A DNA stretch of 64,000 bases from positions 135,365 through 199,364 of the forward strand of contig SVHX01000001.1 of the NCBI GenBank assembly GCA_015055665.1. Reading direction: 5' to 3'. Source of the stretch: Clostridiales bacterium (GTDB lineage Bacteria; Bacillota; Clostridia; Christensenellales; UBA1242). The translations under genes were made by a program, and so were the position numbers. Below are positions 27,527 through 39,439 of this stretch, one piece after another (position 1 is the first letter of the stretch; each line of letters opens with the position of its first letter). Below the pieces are notes generated by a model. That model searched no databases and was not told the origin of the DNA. It worked only from the letters and a program-made list of their open reading frames with translations.

Positions 27527-28382
27527 ACTTTTTCTCCCACAACTGCTTAAGTTTTGTATACATTTCGCAGTACCTTTCGTATCTATTTTTATTTATTCCA
27601 CCAGCATTAACAGCACGTATAATAGCACAATCCTTACCTTCTTTGACATGGGCACAATCTAGATAAGTACATTTATCTTCTAAGCCCTCAAATTCAGGAT
27701 AGAAGGATGCTAGCTCCTCGTGTTCGATATTCAGCTCAAGACTACTAAACCCTGGGGTATCTGCCAACATAATATCCCCAGATATATATAGCTCGTTAAC
27801 ACGCGTAGTATGCTTTCCCCTATCGGTTTTGCGGCTAAGCCCTTGAGTTTCGAGATTAACACCAGGAATTATTGAGTTAAGTAGCGAACTCTTACCTACC
27901 GCCGATTGCCCACATACTGCGGATAAAGAACCTGATATATAGTCCTTTAGCTGAGCTACACCCTTATTGGATGTTGCACTAACAACACATGTCTTAAGGA
28001 AATAATATTGACTAGAAATATTATTTACAAAATCTTTATCGGCTATATCGCACTTGTTAATAACGATTATAGGCTCAATTTGGTTAATCATAGCATATAT
28101 AACCAACTTATCTACTAGCAATAAATCCGGCTCTGGCCTAGGAGCAACAAGTATTAGCAACTTATCAATATTGGCTAGAGGCGGTCTTGGTATAGAATTC
28201 CTCCTATCCATGACCTTTGTAATGATATACTTGCCAGTATCGTACTCATTAGGTACAATTTCCACTATATCACCTACAACTATTCTTACCTTCTTAGCAG
28301 ATGTTCTTACACTACAAGTTTGTATAACCCCGTTGTCTAATACCGAGTAAATACTTCCAACTATTTTAATTACAGTTCCGAT
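27519..28382 (-). CDS. rsgA: ribosome small-subunit-dependent GTPase A; probable non-canonical ATC start
   Basis: The track ORF (GTG 28265) lacks the OB-fold. The frame is open 39 more codons upstream and encodes IGTVIKIVGSIYSVLDNGVIQTCSVRTSAKKVRIVVGD. This matches the RsgA N-terminus (B. subtilis GKIIKALSGFYYVLD...VIQCRGRG...VGDYV). No ATG, GTG or TTG lies upstream of GTG 28265 in this frame. A GAGGAG Shine-Dalgarno sits 6 nt before ATC 28382. Confidence 0.8.
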   Translation of the reverse strand: MGTVIKIVGSIYSVLDNGVIQTCSVRTSAKKVRIVVGDIVEIVPNEYDTGKYIITKVMDRRNSIPRPPLANIDKLLILVAPRPEPDLLLVDKLVIYAMINQIEPIIVINKCDIADKDFVNNISSQYYFLKTCVVSATSNKGVAQLKDYISGSLSAVCGQSAVGKSSLLNSIIPGVNLETQGLSRKTDRGKHTTRVNELYISGDIMLADTPGFSSLELNIEHEELASFYPEFEGLEDKCTYLDCAHVKEGKDCAIIRAVNAGGINKNRYERYCEMYTKLKQLWEKKYD

Positions 28383-28384
28383 AA

Positions 28385-29593
28385 CTATCTCCTCTTTGTT
28401 TTGCCCGCATATTGTCTACGAGGCTTACCAGAAATTTCTTTTCTTTCGCTTTTATTAGAAATCAATTGCGATACATCTTTTACCTTACGCTTAGTATTAC
28501 TATTAGGCTTAGGTCTAGCAGTTACAGCAATTTTGCGTTCGACAACTTGACCATTACTTAGCTCTTTGTTCCTTAATTGTCCACATGCACCTTCGATATC
28601 ATCACCAAGTACACGTCGCATTGTTGCGGATACTCCAAATCTATTAAGCGTATCAACAAACTTCTTACAACTATCAACTGTTGGAGCTTTGAGATCTCTA
28701 CCCTCTACCTCATTAAGCTTAATAAGGTTAACATGGCAAGGAAGATCTTTAAGCACCTCAGAAAGCTCCTTAGCACACTTAAACGAGTTGTTAACCCCCT
28801 CAATCAAGGTGTACTCTATAATTATACGCCTATTTGTCATAGTGTAATAGTACTTAAGAGCATCTACTACCTCAGATATCGAATATCTTCGAGCAATAGG
28901 CATAATTTCGCGTCTGATTGCATCATTAGAAGCATGAAGGGACAAACATAATGTTACGGCATAACCAAGGTCGGCAAGCTCCTCAATCTTGCTAGGAATA
29001 CCACAAGTAGATACCGAGATATTCCTAACACTCATGTTAAGGCAATCATCACTAGTAAGCACTTTCAAGAATTTCTTAAGGTTGTCGAAATTGTCTAGAG
29101 GCTCTCCACTACCCATAAGGACAATGTTTGTTACTTCTCGATCTTTAACAGATCCTCCCAAATACCTATTAACTGCTATAACCTGCCCAAGAATCTCACC
29201 CACACTTAAGTTCCTAACGAATCCATTAAGACCGCTTGCACAGAAGGCACAGTTCATCTTGCAACCAACTTGTGTACTTACACATAATGTATTACCAAAG
29301 GCATATCTCATAAGCACGCCCTCAATAATATTACCATCAGGCAGATCATAGAGGAACTTGACTGTCTTATCCTTACCTTTGCTTTCAATAGCCTTGCGTA
29401 TCTTGATAGGTTGCAATATATATTCATAAGCTTTTAATTTGTCAAGAAAACCAGCAGGAACATTGATATTATCTTCATAGTCTTTGCCATTGTATATCGC
29501 ATTAACTAGCTGGTCAACACGAAACTTTTTCTCGCCTAAAGGTTCTAACATTGTATACAATTCGTTTTTTTCATAATCCAATAGTATATTCAT
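28385..29593 (-). CDS. rlmN: 23S rRNA/tRNA (adenine-C2)-methyltransferase RlmN with a long basic C-terminal tail
   Basis: 402 aa. Radical-SAM CxxxCxxC (GCKMNCAFCASG) and C-terminal GACGQLR, followed by a 61-aa K/R-rich extension. Confidence 0.92.
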   Translation of the reverse strand: MNILLDYEKNELYTMLEPLGEKKFRVDQLVNAIYNGKDYEDNINVPAGFLDKLKAYEYILQPIKIRKAIESKGKDKTVKFLYDLPDGNIIEGVLMRYAFGNTLCVSTQVGCKMNCAFCASGLNGFVRNLSVGEILGQVIAVNRYLGGSVKDREVTNIVLMGSGEPLDNFDNLKKFLKVLTSDDCLNMSVRNISVSTCGIPSKIEELADLGYAVTLCLSLHASNDAIRREIMPIARRYSISEVVDALKYYYTMTNRRIIIEYTLIEGVNNSFKCAKELSEVLKDLPCHVNLIKLNEVEGRDLKAPTVDSCKKFVDTLNRFGVSATMRRVLGDDIEGACGQLRNKELSNGQVVERKIAVTARPKPNSNTKRKVKDVSQLISNKSERKEISGKPRRQYAGKTKRR

Positions 29594-30870
29594 TTCTTCC
29601 TTAATCTCCCTATAAAGAACCCTTCAGTACCCGTCATATTAGGATAGAAGGTGTATTTGTTATCTTCGTTATGTATGTTAATATCGCCAAAATCAATTGG
29701 GGTTAGTTCGAATTCTGGGTGTGATTTTAGAAATTTGTCAATTACACACTTATTCTCCTTGCTAAGTATTGTGCAAGTTGAATATTGAAGGATTCCTCCA
29801 CTTACAACATAATTAGAAGCAGTTTCAAGGATTTTGAGCTGAAGCCCCGATAATGTATTCATATCTTCCTTGGTTTTGTTTAGGAATACATCTGGCTTTT
29901 TCCTACTAACTCCTATATTACTGCATGGCACGTCACACATAACATAATCAAATTTGCCAATCCATTTATCTACAAGCTTGGTTGCATCCTGAACACAAGT
30001 GCGAACCTTAACACCGACACTCTCGGCGTACTTCTTAACTAGATCAACCCTATGAGGATGTATATCACAAGCAAATACATTAATATTTCTATTATGTGCT
30101 AGATATACACTCTTGCCACCTGGTGCACTGCACACATCAAGAACGTTACCATGATCAGCTCCTAGTACATTGCAAGTAATAATACTTGGCAATCCCTGCA
30201 CCACATAATACTCCTTAAGTTCGCCACAATCAAGCAACTTGGCATAATCAACATAAAGTGTATAGTCATAATAAGATGTTTCGTAGCCTATCTCTCTGTC
30301 ATCTAACATAACCCTGAAATCATCAGCCGATACCCTATCTAGATTAACTCTTATATGTGTCTTAGTACTAAGCTCTGCCGAAACAAGCTCCTCGACAAAT
30401 TGTTCGTCATGCTCTTTAAGCAATTCTGTTATTACCCACTCAGGATAATTGTATCTAACACTTAGATACTTAATTTTGTCCTTTGGGTTAGGATATGTCA
30501 TTTGCTCACTAATTAACTTCTTGGATACTGCATTTACAAATCCAGCCTGATGAACGTCTATCTTCTTGGCAATGCTAACAATCTCGTTAACAAGAGCATA
30601 ATGTGGTATCGAATTGATATTATGTCCAACGAAAGCTGTAATTTTGAGCAAAATTAATATCGGCATACTAGGTTGTTTTTTAACAAAACGAGCAACAAAA
30701 TAGTCTAGTGCTATATCATTTTCGAGCACTCCATAAACAATCTTGGTAACAAGAGCAGAATTATACGTACCACCCTTATTAAGACACTTATTAAGTTCAA
30801 TACTAACATACGATTTGTCTATCACAACTTTAGATAGTATTTCGTATGCAAGATTTAGTTCTTTATTCAC
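29590..30870 (-). CDS. rsmB: 16S rRNA (cytosine967-C5)-methyltransferase RsmB
   Basis: 426 aa. NusB-like N-domain plus the SAM-MTase motifs DVCSAPGGKS and DVPCSNIGV. Confidence 0.9.
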   Translation of the reverse strand: MNKELNLAYEILSKVVIDKSYVSIELNKCLNKGGTYNSALVTKIVYGVLENDIALDYFVARFVKKQPSMPILILLKITAFVGHNINSIPHYALVNEIVSIAKKIDVHQAGFVNAVSKKLISEQMTYPNPKDKIKYLSVRYNYPEWVITELLKEHDEQFVEELVSAELSTKTHIRVNLDRVSADDFRVMLDDREIGYETSYYDYTLYVDYAKLLDCGELKEYYVVQGLPSIITCNVLGADHGNVLDVCSAPGGKSVYLAHNRNINVFACDIHPHRVDLVKKYAESVGVKVRTCVQDATKLVDKWIGKFDYVMCDVPCSNIGVSRKKPDVFLNKTKEDMNTLSGLQLKILETASNYVVSGGILQYSTCTILSKENKCVIDKFLKSHPEFELTPIDFGDINIHNEDNKYTFYPNMTGTEGFFIGRLRKK

Positions 30871-31802
30871 TTAACATAACTTCCTATTTTTATTTGTTTG
30901 CCATTAAGATAGCTACGAGCAGACATCTTTTTCGAATTAATAGGCAAGAACTCAGTAATCTCTATAGCTCTATCTGCACACATGATATGGAGTCCTCGCT
31001 TATTATCGGCTACTACAACCTGACCAGGCTTATAGCCCGCCACCTCTTCGATACTAGACAACTTAGCATTGTATAGTTTGAAATAAACATCATCTATAAT
31101 AATTCTTGCATTAGGCCACATTGCTAGACCTTTAATAAGTCCAACAATTTTCTTAGCAGAGAGGTTAAAATCTATATTACCCATCTCAGGACTAAGAAGA
31201 CTACACTTAGTTGCAAGACTATTATCCTGTGGTGTGTATGTTATATTTCCCCTTTCTATCTTATCAAGAACATCTACAATTACTTCTGCACTAAGATTAG
31301 ACAGCTTGTCAAATAACGATATTGCATTATCATCTTCGTCTATTACTAATTCTCGACTATGCAAAATATCCCCATCATCAAGACCTATACCGGACTTTAG
31401 AACAGTTACTCCTGTTACACTTTCGCAATTAATAAGCACACTTTGAACAGGACTTGCCCCTCGATATTTAGGAAGTAGACTTCCGTGTAGATTAATAACA
31501 CCATACTTAGTATTAAATAGCACATCTTCGCCAAGTATCTGACCATACGCACAGGTTACATATATATCAGCTGGTATAGACAATAACTGACTAATATCAT
31601 CCTTCCTTATCTTGTCTGGCTGGTATACATCTATACCATGCTCCATTGCAAGTGCCTTGACAGGAGTAGGAACAAGCTTATTACTCCTACCCTTAGGCTT
31701 GTCTGGCTGAGATACTACCGCTACTACTTCATGATTACTATTTATAATAGCCCTTAGCGCAGGCACTGCATATTCTGGAGTGCCAAAGAACACAACTTTC
31801 AT
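30867..31802 (-). CDS. fmt: methionyl-tRNA formyltransferase
   Basis: 311 aa. MKVVFFGTPEYAVPAL and HGSLLPKYRGASPVQ motifs. Confidence 0.95.
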   Translation of the reverse strand: MKVVFFGTPEYAVPALRAIINSNHEVVAVVSQPDKPKGRSNKLVPTPVKALAMEHGIDVYQPDKIRKDDISQLLSIPADIYVTCAYGQILGEDVLFNTKYGVINLHGSLLPKYRGASPVQSVLINCESVTGVTVLKSGIGLDDGDILHSRELVIDEDDNAISLFDKLSNLSAEVIVDVLDKIERGNITYTPQDNSLATKCSLLSPEMGNIDFNLSAKKIVGLIKGLAMWPNARIIIDDVYFKLYNAKLSSIEEVAGYKPGQVVVADNKRGLHIMCADRAIEITEFLPINSKKMSARSYLNGKQIKIGSYVK

Positions 31803-31824
31803 ATATTCTCCTAAATCAATTAAC

Positions 31825-32289
31825 TTATTTCTTTTTCTTCTCTTTGTAATCTTTAATTATCTTATCTACAAACAAAACACCATCCAAATGATCTATCTCA
31901 TGACAGAACGCTCTTGCAAGCAGATCAACGCCAGTAATAACAAATTCGTTGCCATATCTATCTTGCGCCTTGACGGTTACCTCTTTAGGACGTTTAACGT
32001 ATCCCCACTTCCCCTTACAACTTAGACAACCTTCTTGGTTAATCTGTTCGCCATATTGATCTATAATTGTTGGATTAACTAGTTCGAGCTTCATATTATT
32101 AACATCAAGTACAACCACACGTCTTAGTATACCTACTTGCACTGCTGCAAGACCTATGCCATCACCCTTGACCATAGTGTCCTTCATATCATCAAGAAGT
32201 TCCCATAACTTTTCATCAAAGTCGTGTACAGGTTTGCTCTTCTTACGAAGTATCTCATCTCCTTCCTGAACTATATTTCTAATTGCCAT
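31825..32289 (-). CDS. def: peptide deformylase
   Basis: 154 aa. GIGLAAVQVG, EGCLS and HEIDHLDG metal-binding motifs. Confidence 0.95.
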   Translation of the reverse strand: MAIRNIVQEGDEILRKKSKPVHDFDEKLWELLDDMKDTMVKGDGIGLAAVQVGILRRVVVLDVNNMKLELVNPTIIDQYGEQINQEGCLSCKGKWGYVKRPKEVTVKAQDRYGNEFVITGVDLLARAFCHEIDHLDGVLFVDKIIKDYKEKKKK

Positions 32290-32300
32290 ATTTTTCTCCT

Positions 32301-34493
32301 CTAACTTAGCGATATTGGATTAGTTTCCACAAATACGCTAACCTTATTAATCTTATTTTCTTCTAATAAATTATGAATTTTCGCAAGTACAGTATCATTA
32401 ATATTAGCCGAATACCTCATAACAATCTGATATCTGTGCTTGTTTTTTATTTTGTTAATTGGCGACTTCATTGCCTCAAGGAAATAAAATTCCTTACCAA
32501 ATTGCACCCTATATTCTTTAAGAGCCATAATTAACTTATGTGTTAATTTTTTAGCTAGTTCATCATCCTCGGATGTTACAAGCAACCTAATTATATTGGC
32601 ATAAGGAGGATATTTCGTTACCTCTCTTAAATTAATCTCCTTATCATAGAACTTGAGATAATCATAATTAGCACAAGTAATATATACTGGGTTCTTAGGC
32701 ACATATGTCTGAAGAACTACATATCCGTTATCTTTGCTCCTTCCTGCCCTTCCTGCAACTTGTGTCATTAGCTGAAATGTAGTTTCGCTAGCTTTGTAGC
32801 TATAATTGAATAACGATATATCCGCATCAACAATGCCAACTAGAGTGACACTTGGGAAGTCGTGTCCTTTGGTTACCATCTGAGTTCCAACTAATATAGA
32901 TGGCGAGGTTGCACCGAATTCGCCTAGTATCTTGGAATAAGCATCTTTGGTTGTAACGCTATCGTTATCTAATCTGAATATCGGGGTATTAGGAAAATGC
33001 TCTTTTAGCACTTCAACTACCTGCTGAGTACCTGTTGCACCGAGTTTAATGCTATCACTACCGCACTCTGGGCATTTGGTAAGTGCCCTAAACTTCTTAC
33101 CGCAATAGTGGCACTTAAGCACGCCTTCTGACTTGTGATAAACAAGACTAACATCACAATCGGTACACTTTGGTATGTACGAACACTCTCTACACATAAG
33201 ATAAGAGCTAAATCCACGCCTATTAATAAATAATATTGCTTGTTTGCCGTTATCGATAGTTTCGTGTAGTTTATCTAGTAATTGAGTTGATAACATAGAC
33301 ACATTGCCCAATCTAAACTGCTCACACATATCTATGATTTCAATAGGAGGCATTGGCCTGCTATTGACTCTTACTGGCATTTCAACTAGATTATACTGTC
33401 CCGACTTTGCCTTATGAAATGTTTCCACCGAAGGCGTAGCACTTCCAAGAACCAATGGACAGTTATTAATCTTAGCTCGATATTCCGCTATATTATGAGT
33501 TAGATATCTAGGATTGCTATCACTAAGATAAGAATTATCATGCTCTTCATCTATAATTATTACCCCTAGATTTTTAATTGGAGCAAAGATTGCAGATCTA
33601 GCTCCAACTACAATTCTAGCCTCACCCCTATATATCCTAAACCACTCATCATGCTTCTCGCCAACGCTTAAAGCACTATGCAACACGGCAACACTATCTC
33701 CAAATCTAGCGTTAAACACTCTAGCCATCTGGGGTGTAAGCGATATCTCGGGTACAAGCATCAACGCTGTCTTATTGCTCTCTAGCACACGCTCTATAAC
33801 GTTCATATAGACTTCTGTCTTACCACTTCCGGTTACACCAAACAACACAGTAGGCTTATCGTGATTGCTTAATATACTATTTACAGCTTTTTGCTGAAGA
33901 TCTGTCAGTTGGTGCTTGGTATCGCTTGATTGGCTATGCGACACACGATTAACTCGCTTTTTACTTTCAATTAGCACGCCATATTCAAGCATTTTATTAA
34001 TTACCGAATTGCCATATCGAGTAGATAGGGTTGTATATTTCTCGGTTGGTTGATTAGTTAGGTATTCTATTACAAGCTTAGGATTCTTAGATCTAGAGCT
34101 AAGTGTTGACATATACTCGGCTACCTTAGTATCGTCAAGCGTAATTATTCGCTCGAGCTTGTCCTTAGAATTACGAATTTGAGATGGAACTGCAAGCCTA
34201 ATACCATCAATAAGCCTTAAATACATCTTATCCTTCATGTAATGCATTAGTCCAATTAGTTCGTCTAGTATTATTGGATAGCTATCCAAGGTCGAAATTA
34301 TACTCTTAAGCTTATCCTCGGGACAGTCGGTAGTTTCTTTGATTCCAACAACATATCCTTCGATCTTCCTATTGCCAAAAGGGACTAGTACTCTATAGCC
34401 TGTAAGGTTATCTGGCAAAAAAGATGGGATATTGTAATCAAACACCCTATCAACTTCACTTGACATAACATCTACAATTACTTCCGCTATCAA
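32301..34493 (-). CDS. priA: primosomal replication-restart helicase PriA
   Basis: 730 aa. GVTGSGKTEVY Walker A, DEEHD box and a Cys4/Cys4 zinc insertion (CRECSYIPKCTDCD...CHYCG...CPECGS). Confidence 0.95.
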   Translation of the reverse strand: MIAEVIVDVMSSEVDRVFDYNIPSFLPDNLTGYRVLVPFGNRKIEGYVVGIKETTDCPEDKLKSIISTLDSYPIILDELIGLMHYMKDKMYLRLIDGIRLAVPSQIRNSKDKLERIITLDDTKVAEYMSTLSSRSKNPKLVIEYLTNQPTEKYTTLSTRYGNSVINKMLEYGVLIESKKRVNRVSHSQSSDTKHQLTDLQQKAVNSILSNHDKPTVLFGVTGSGKTEVYMNVIERVLESNKTALMLVPEISLTPQMARVFNARFGDSVAVLHSALSVGEKHDEWFRIYRGEARIVVGARSAIFAPIKNLGVIIIDEEHDNSYLSDSNPRYLTHNIAEYRAKINNCPLVLGSATPSVETFHKAKSGQYNLVEMPVRVNSRPMPPIEIIDMCEQFRLGNVSMLSTQLLDKLHETIDNGKQAILFINRRGFSSYLMCRECSYIPKCTDCDVSLVYHKSEGVLKCHYCGKKFRALTKCPECGSDSIKLGATGTQQVVEVLKEHFPNTPIFRLDNDSVTTKDAYSKILGEFGATSPSILVGTQMVTKGHDFPSVTLVGIVDADISLFNYSYKASETTFQLMTQVAGRAGRSKDNGYVVLQTYVPKNPVYITCANYDYLKFYDKEINLREVTKYPPYANIIRLLVTSEDDELAKKLTHKLIMALKEYRVQFGKEFYFLEAMKSPINKIKNKHRYQIVMRYSANINDTVLAKIHNLLEENKINKVSVFVETNPISLS

Positions 34494-34515
34494 ATCTCAG
34501 TTCCCCTAAAAAATC

Positions 34516-34549
34516 AAAAAATTCTATTGCATATTGACTTGCAATAGAA
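34516..34549 (-). terminator. intrinsic terminator after rpoZ
   Basis: 10-bp stem TTCTATTGCA/TGCAATAGAA followed by a T-run on the minus strand. Confidence 0.65.
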
Positions 34550-34588
34550 TAGAAAAAACTATCAATATCGCAAAAATACAAAATATTA

Positions 34589-34786
34589 CTATTCTGCCAT
34601 ATCGTCCGCGATAATTGAGCCTTCGTGCACTTCATCAACTGCACGTGTAACCTCAGGTCTAGCTTCCTTCTCTTCCTCGGTAAGAGTTTCGCTCAAGTAT
34701 TTAGCCCTCTTGCCAACTACTACTGCTAATCTATAAGGATTACCAACTTTATTAACAAGTTCATCAATTGGTGGCTCTAATAACAT
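34589..34786 (-). CDS. rpoZ: DNA-directed RNA polymerase subunit omega
   Basis: 65 aa. MLLEPPIDELVNKVGNPYRLAVVVGKRAKYL is the typical omega N-terminus. Confidence 0.88.
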   Translation of the reverse strand: MLLEPPIDELVNKVGNPYRLAVVVGKRAKYLSETLTEEEKEARPEVTRAVDEVHEGSIIADDMAE

Positions 34787-34949
34787 AAATATATTCTCCT
34801 CTATACTTAATAACTACTGATGCTTTATCGCACACAATAACTCATCTTTATATATTTTAATATATAAATCAGAAAAATTCAAGACTTTTGGATTAAATTA
34901 ATCAAGAATTAATATAATTTATTATCTTTTTAGAATATTTCCGATAAAA

Positions 34950-36899
<1,950 letters not shown>

Positions 36900-39263
36900 C
36901 TACTTTAATATTTGAAGTGGTGCAAAGTTAAGCGATAATGTCTTAACCCCAAGAGTACCAAAGTCGATTGATACATAGTTATTCTCTCCGCCATCTACTT
37001 TAATTATCTTGCCTACACCAAACTTAGTATGCAATACTTGAACTCCCACTTTGTACTCGGCAAACTTCGACTTTTGAGTATTAAGCTTGCTATTCATTAA
37101 GCTTTGAAGATTATTAAGCCCCGATCCACCCATACGCTTGTTATCGTAAGTATTAATCTTACTTGCATAATCATCATAAGTTGAGTATGAAGATGTCGCT
37201 TGTGATGCCTGTCTATTTGAATAAGTGGTGCTAGAAGCATACCTATCGCTATTGCTGTTACCATATCTATTGCTAGAATAACTGGAGTAACTATTATAAT
37301 TATTGCCGTATCCCTTGGAATAATTATCATAATCACTATCGTAGTAACTATTCTTTGGTTGCTGAATTGGCACTGCTAGCCCCATCTCAGACACGAATCT
37401 ACTTGGCATCTGCTTTTCCCTACTGCCATACATGAATCGAGATTTTGCCCTAGTTACGTATAACTTTTTCCTAGCACGAGTAATTGCAACATACATAAGA
37501 CGTCGCTCCTCTTCAAGTTCGTCAGAACTATCCATTGCTCTTGCAAGAGGGAATTTGCCTTCCTCACTACCAATGATAAAGACATAATCAAATTCAAGAC
37601 CTTTGCTGGCATGTACCGTCGAGATAGATACAGATGGTAGATTGTCGTCCTCTTCCTCTAGAGTATTCTGCAGTGTTACACTTTCAAGATAATCAATCAG
37701 ACTTGCATCTTCGTTAAGATGTTCATAGCTCTTAACCGATTGCAACAACTGATCTATATTCATAGTTCTGTCTACATCTTCTTCGCTATCGGTATTATAC
37801 ATACCCTTAATTCCGGCTTTGTCTACAACAAATTCAACGAAGTCATATAAGCCTTTGCTAAGATACGCAGACTTAAACTCAGTTATCATATCTCCAAATT
37901 CGGCAATCTTGGACTTAATTGCTCCACTTATATCTAATTCCCTATAATTCTCCACAAGATCAACCATTGGGACATTTTGCCTCTCGGCTTCGGCAAGAAG
38001 CTTGTCAATCGTTGCTTGACCAATTCCGCGCTTAGGGTAATTAATTATTCTTGTAATGCTACTATTATCTCTAGGATTAACAATCATTGTAAGATAAGCT
38101 AGGATGTTCTTGACCTCAAGACGCTCGAAGAACTTAAATATTCCACTAACCTTATAAGGAATATTGTAGTTAAGCAACTTCTCTTCCATCAATCTACTAA
38201 GAGCAGATACACGCATAAGTATACCAACCTCTTTAAGGTCAATTCCTCTTGTTTGAAGAGAATATATCGCTCTTGCTACATACTCAGCCTCTTCGTTCTC
38301 ATCATAGCCTTCGTAATAGGTAATCTCTTCACCTTGCTCATTTTCGGTAAACAAGGTCTTATCTAGTCTAGCACAATTGTTTTTTATCAATTCATTAGCG
38401 GACTTAATAATATTTTTGGTACTACGATAATTCTGTTCGAGTTTGTATAACTTACACTCATAATCTTTAGTAAAATTATTAATATTCTCGATATTAGCTC
38501 CACGCCAACAATATATACACTGATCCTCATCTCCAACTACAAACACATTTTTGTGTTTGGCTGATATAAGTTTGATTATCTTGTATTGAACCAAGTTAGT
38601 ATCCTGAAACTCGTCTACATGTATATAACGGAACTTGTTCTGATAATACTCAAGTGTTGTAGGACTACTATGAAATAATTCAAGTGCCTTCATAAGCAAG
38701 TCATCAAAGTCAAGTGCATTATTATTCTTTAACTGCCTTTGATATTCTGCATAGACTTTGCAATAATCATCAATATACGGCAAGTTTTTGTTATCATGCA
38801 GATACTCTGCCGGTGTTAATCCATCATTTTTTGCCTTGCTAATATGATAACTGCAATATTTGGCAACTTTCTCATCAATATTTAGTTCCTTAATAACTTT
38901 CTTGAGCAACTTGTCTTGATCACTAGTATCGTATACCGAGAAGTGACTATCAAAGCCTTCAAGATTACTAATATCTGCCCTTAGTATACCCGCACAAAAT
39001 GAGTGTAATGTCTTAATTGTAATACCGCTGGAATTGGGTACCATCTTAGCAATTCTCTCTTTCATTTCGTTAGTTGCTTTGTTCGTAAATGTTATAGCAA
39101 GAATATTACTAGGACTAACTGATAGATTCTCTATCAGATGACAGATTCTGTGAGTAAGGAGCCTAGTCTTACCTGATCCAGCACCAGCTGTAACAAGGAT
39201 CGCCCCCTCCGTATCCATAGCAATTTTTCTTTGATGTTCGTTAAGTGAGTCTAAAGAAAACAT
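36900..39263 (-). CDS. pcrA: ATP-dependent DNA helicase PcrA/UvrD with a Y/S/N-rich low-complexity insert before the C-terminal Tudor-like domain
   Basis: Start set at ATG 39263 (GGAG RBS; the track ORF starts at 39326). Motifs AGAGSGKT, VDEFQDT and VHASKGLEF. Upstream of ligA as in Bacillus. Confidence 0.93.
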   Translation of the reverse strand: MFSLDSLNEHQRKIAMDTEGAILVTAGAGSGKTRLLTHRICHLIENLSVSPSNILAITFTNKATNEMKERIAKMVPNSSGITIKTLHSFCAGILRADISNLEGFDSHFSVYDTSDQDKLLKKVIKELNIDEKVAKYCSYHISKAKNDGLTPAEYLHDNKNLPYIDDYCKVYAEYQRQLKNNNALDFDDLLMKALELFHSSPTTLEYYQNKFRYIHVDEFQDTNLVQYKIIKLISAKHKNVFVVGDEDQCIYCWRGANIENINNFTKDYECKLYKLEQNYRSTKNIIKSANELIKNNCARLDKTLFTENEQGEEITYYEGYDENEEAEYVARAIYSLQTRGIDLKEVGILMRVSALSRLMEEKLLNYNIPYKVSGIFKFFERLEVKNILAYLTMIVNPRDNSSITRIINYPKRGIGQATIDKLLAEAERQNVPMVDLVENYRELDISGAIKSKIAEFGDMITEFKSAYLSKGLYDFVEFVVDKAGIKGMYNTDSEEDVDRTMNIDQLLQSVKSYEHLNEDASLIDYLESVTLQNTLEEEDDNLPSVSISTVHASKGLEFDYVFIIGSEEGKFPLARAMDSSDELEEERRLMYVAITRARKKLYVTRAKSRFMYGSREKQMPSRFVSEMGLAVPIQQPKNSYYDSDYDNYSKGYGNNYNSYSSYSSNRYGNSNSDRYASSTTYSNRQASQATSSYSTYDDYASKINTYDNKRMGGSGLNNLQSLMNSKLNTQKSKFAEYKVGVQVLHTKFGVGKIIKVDGGENNYVSIDFGTLGVKTLSLNFAPLQILK

Positions 39264-39439
39264 AATATCTCCATTTTTAGTCATTTTTATATAAAGCATA
39301 GACAAGATTTCTCTATTAAAAATCAAAAAATACGCTACTTATATATCTTAATAATTTTATCACAAACAACTCAATTACGACAACTAAAAAAGGACAAGTT
39401 AATTATATTAACTTGTCCCCATATAAACTTATCCATTAA

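Noticed and set aside
34456-34644. 62-aa minus-strand ORF bridging the priA start and the rpoZ end.
   Set aside because: It overlaps the rpoZ 3' end, the rpoZ terminator hairpin and the priA start, and has no RBS. It is spurious.
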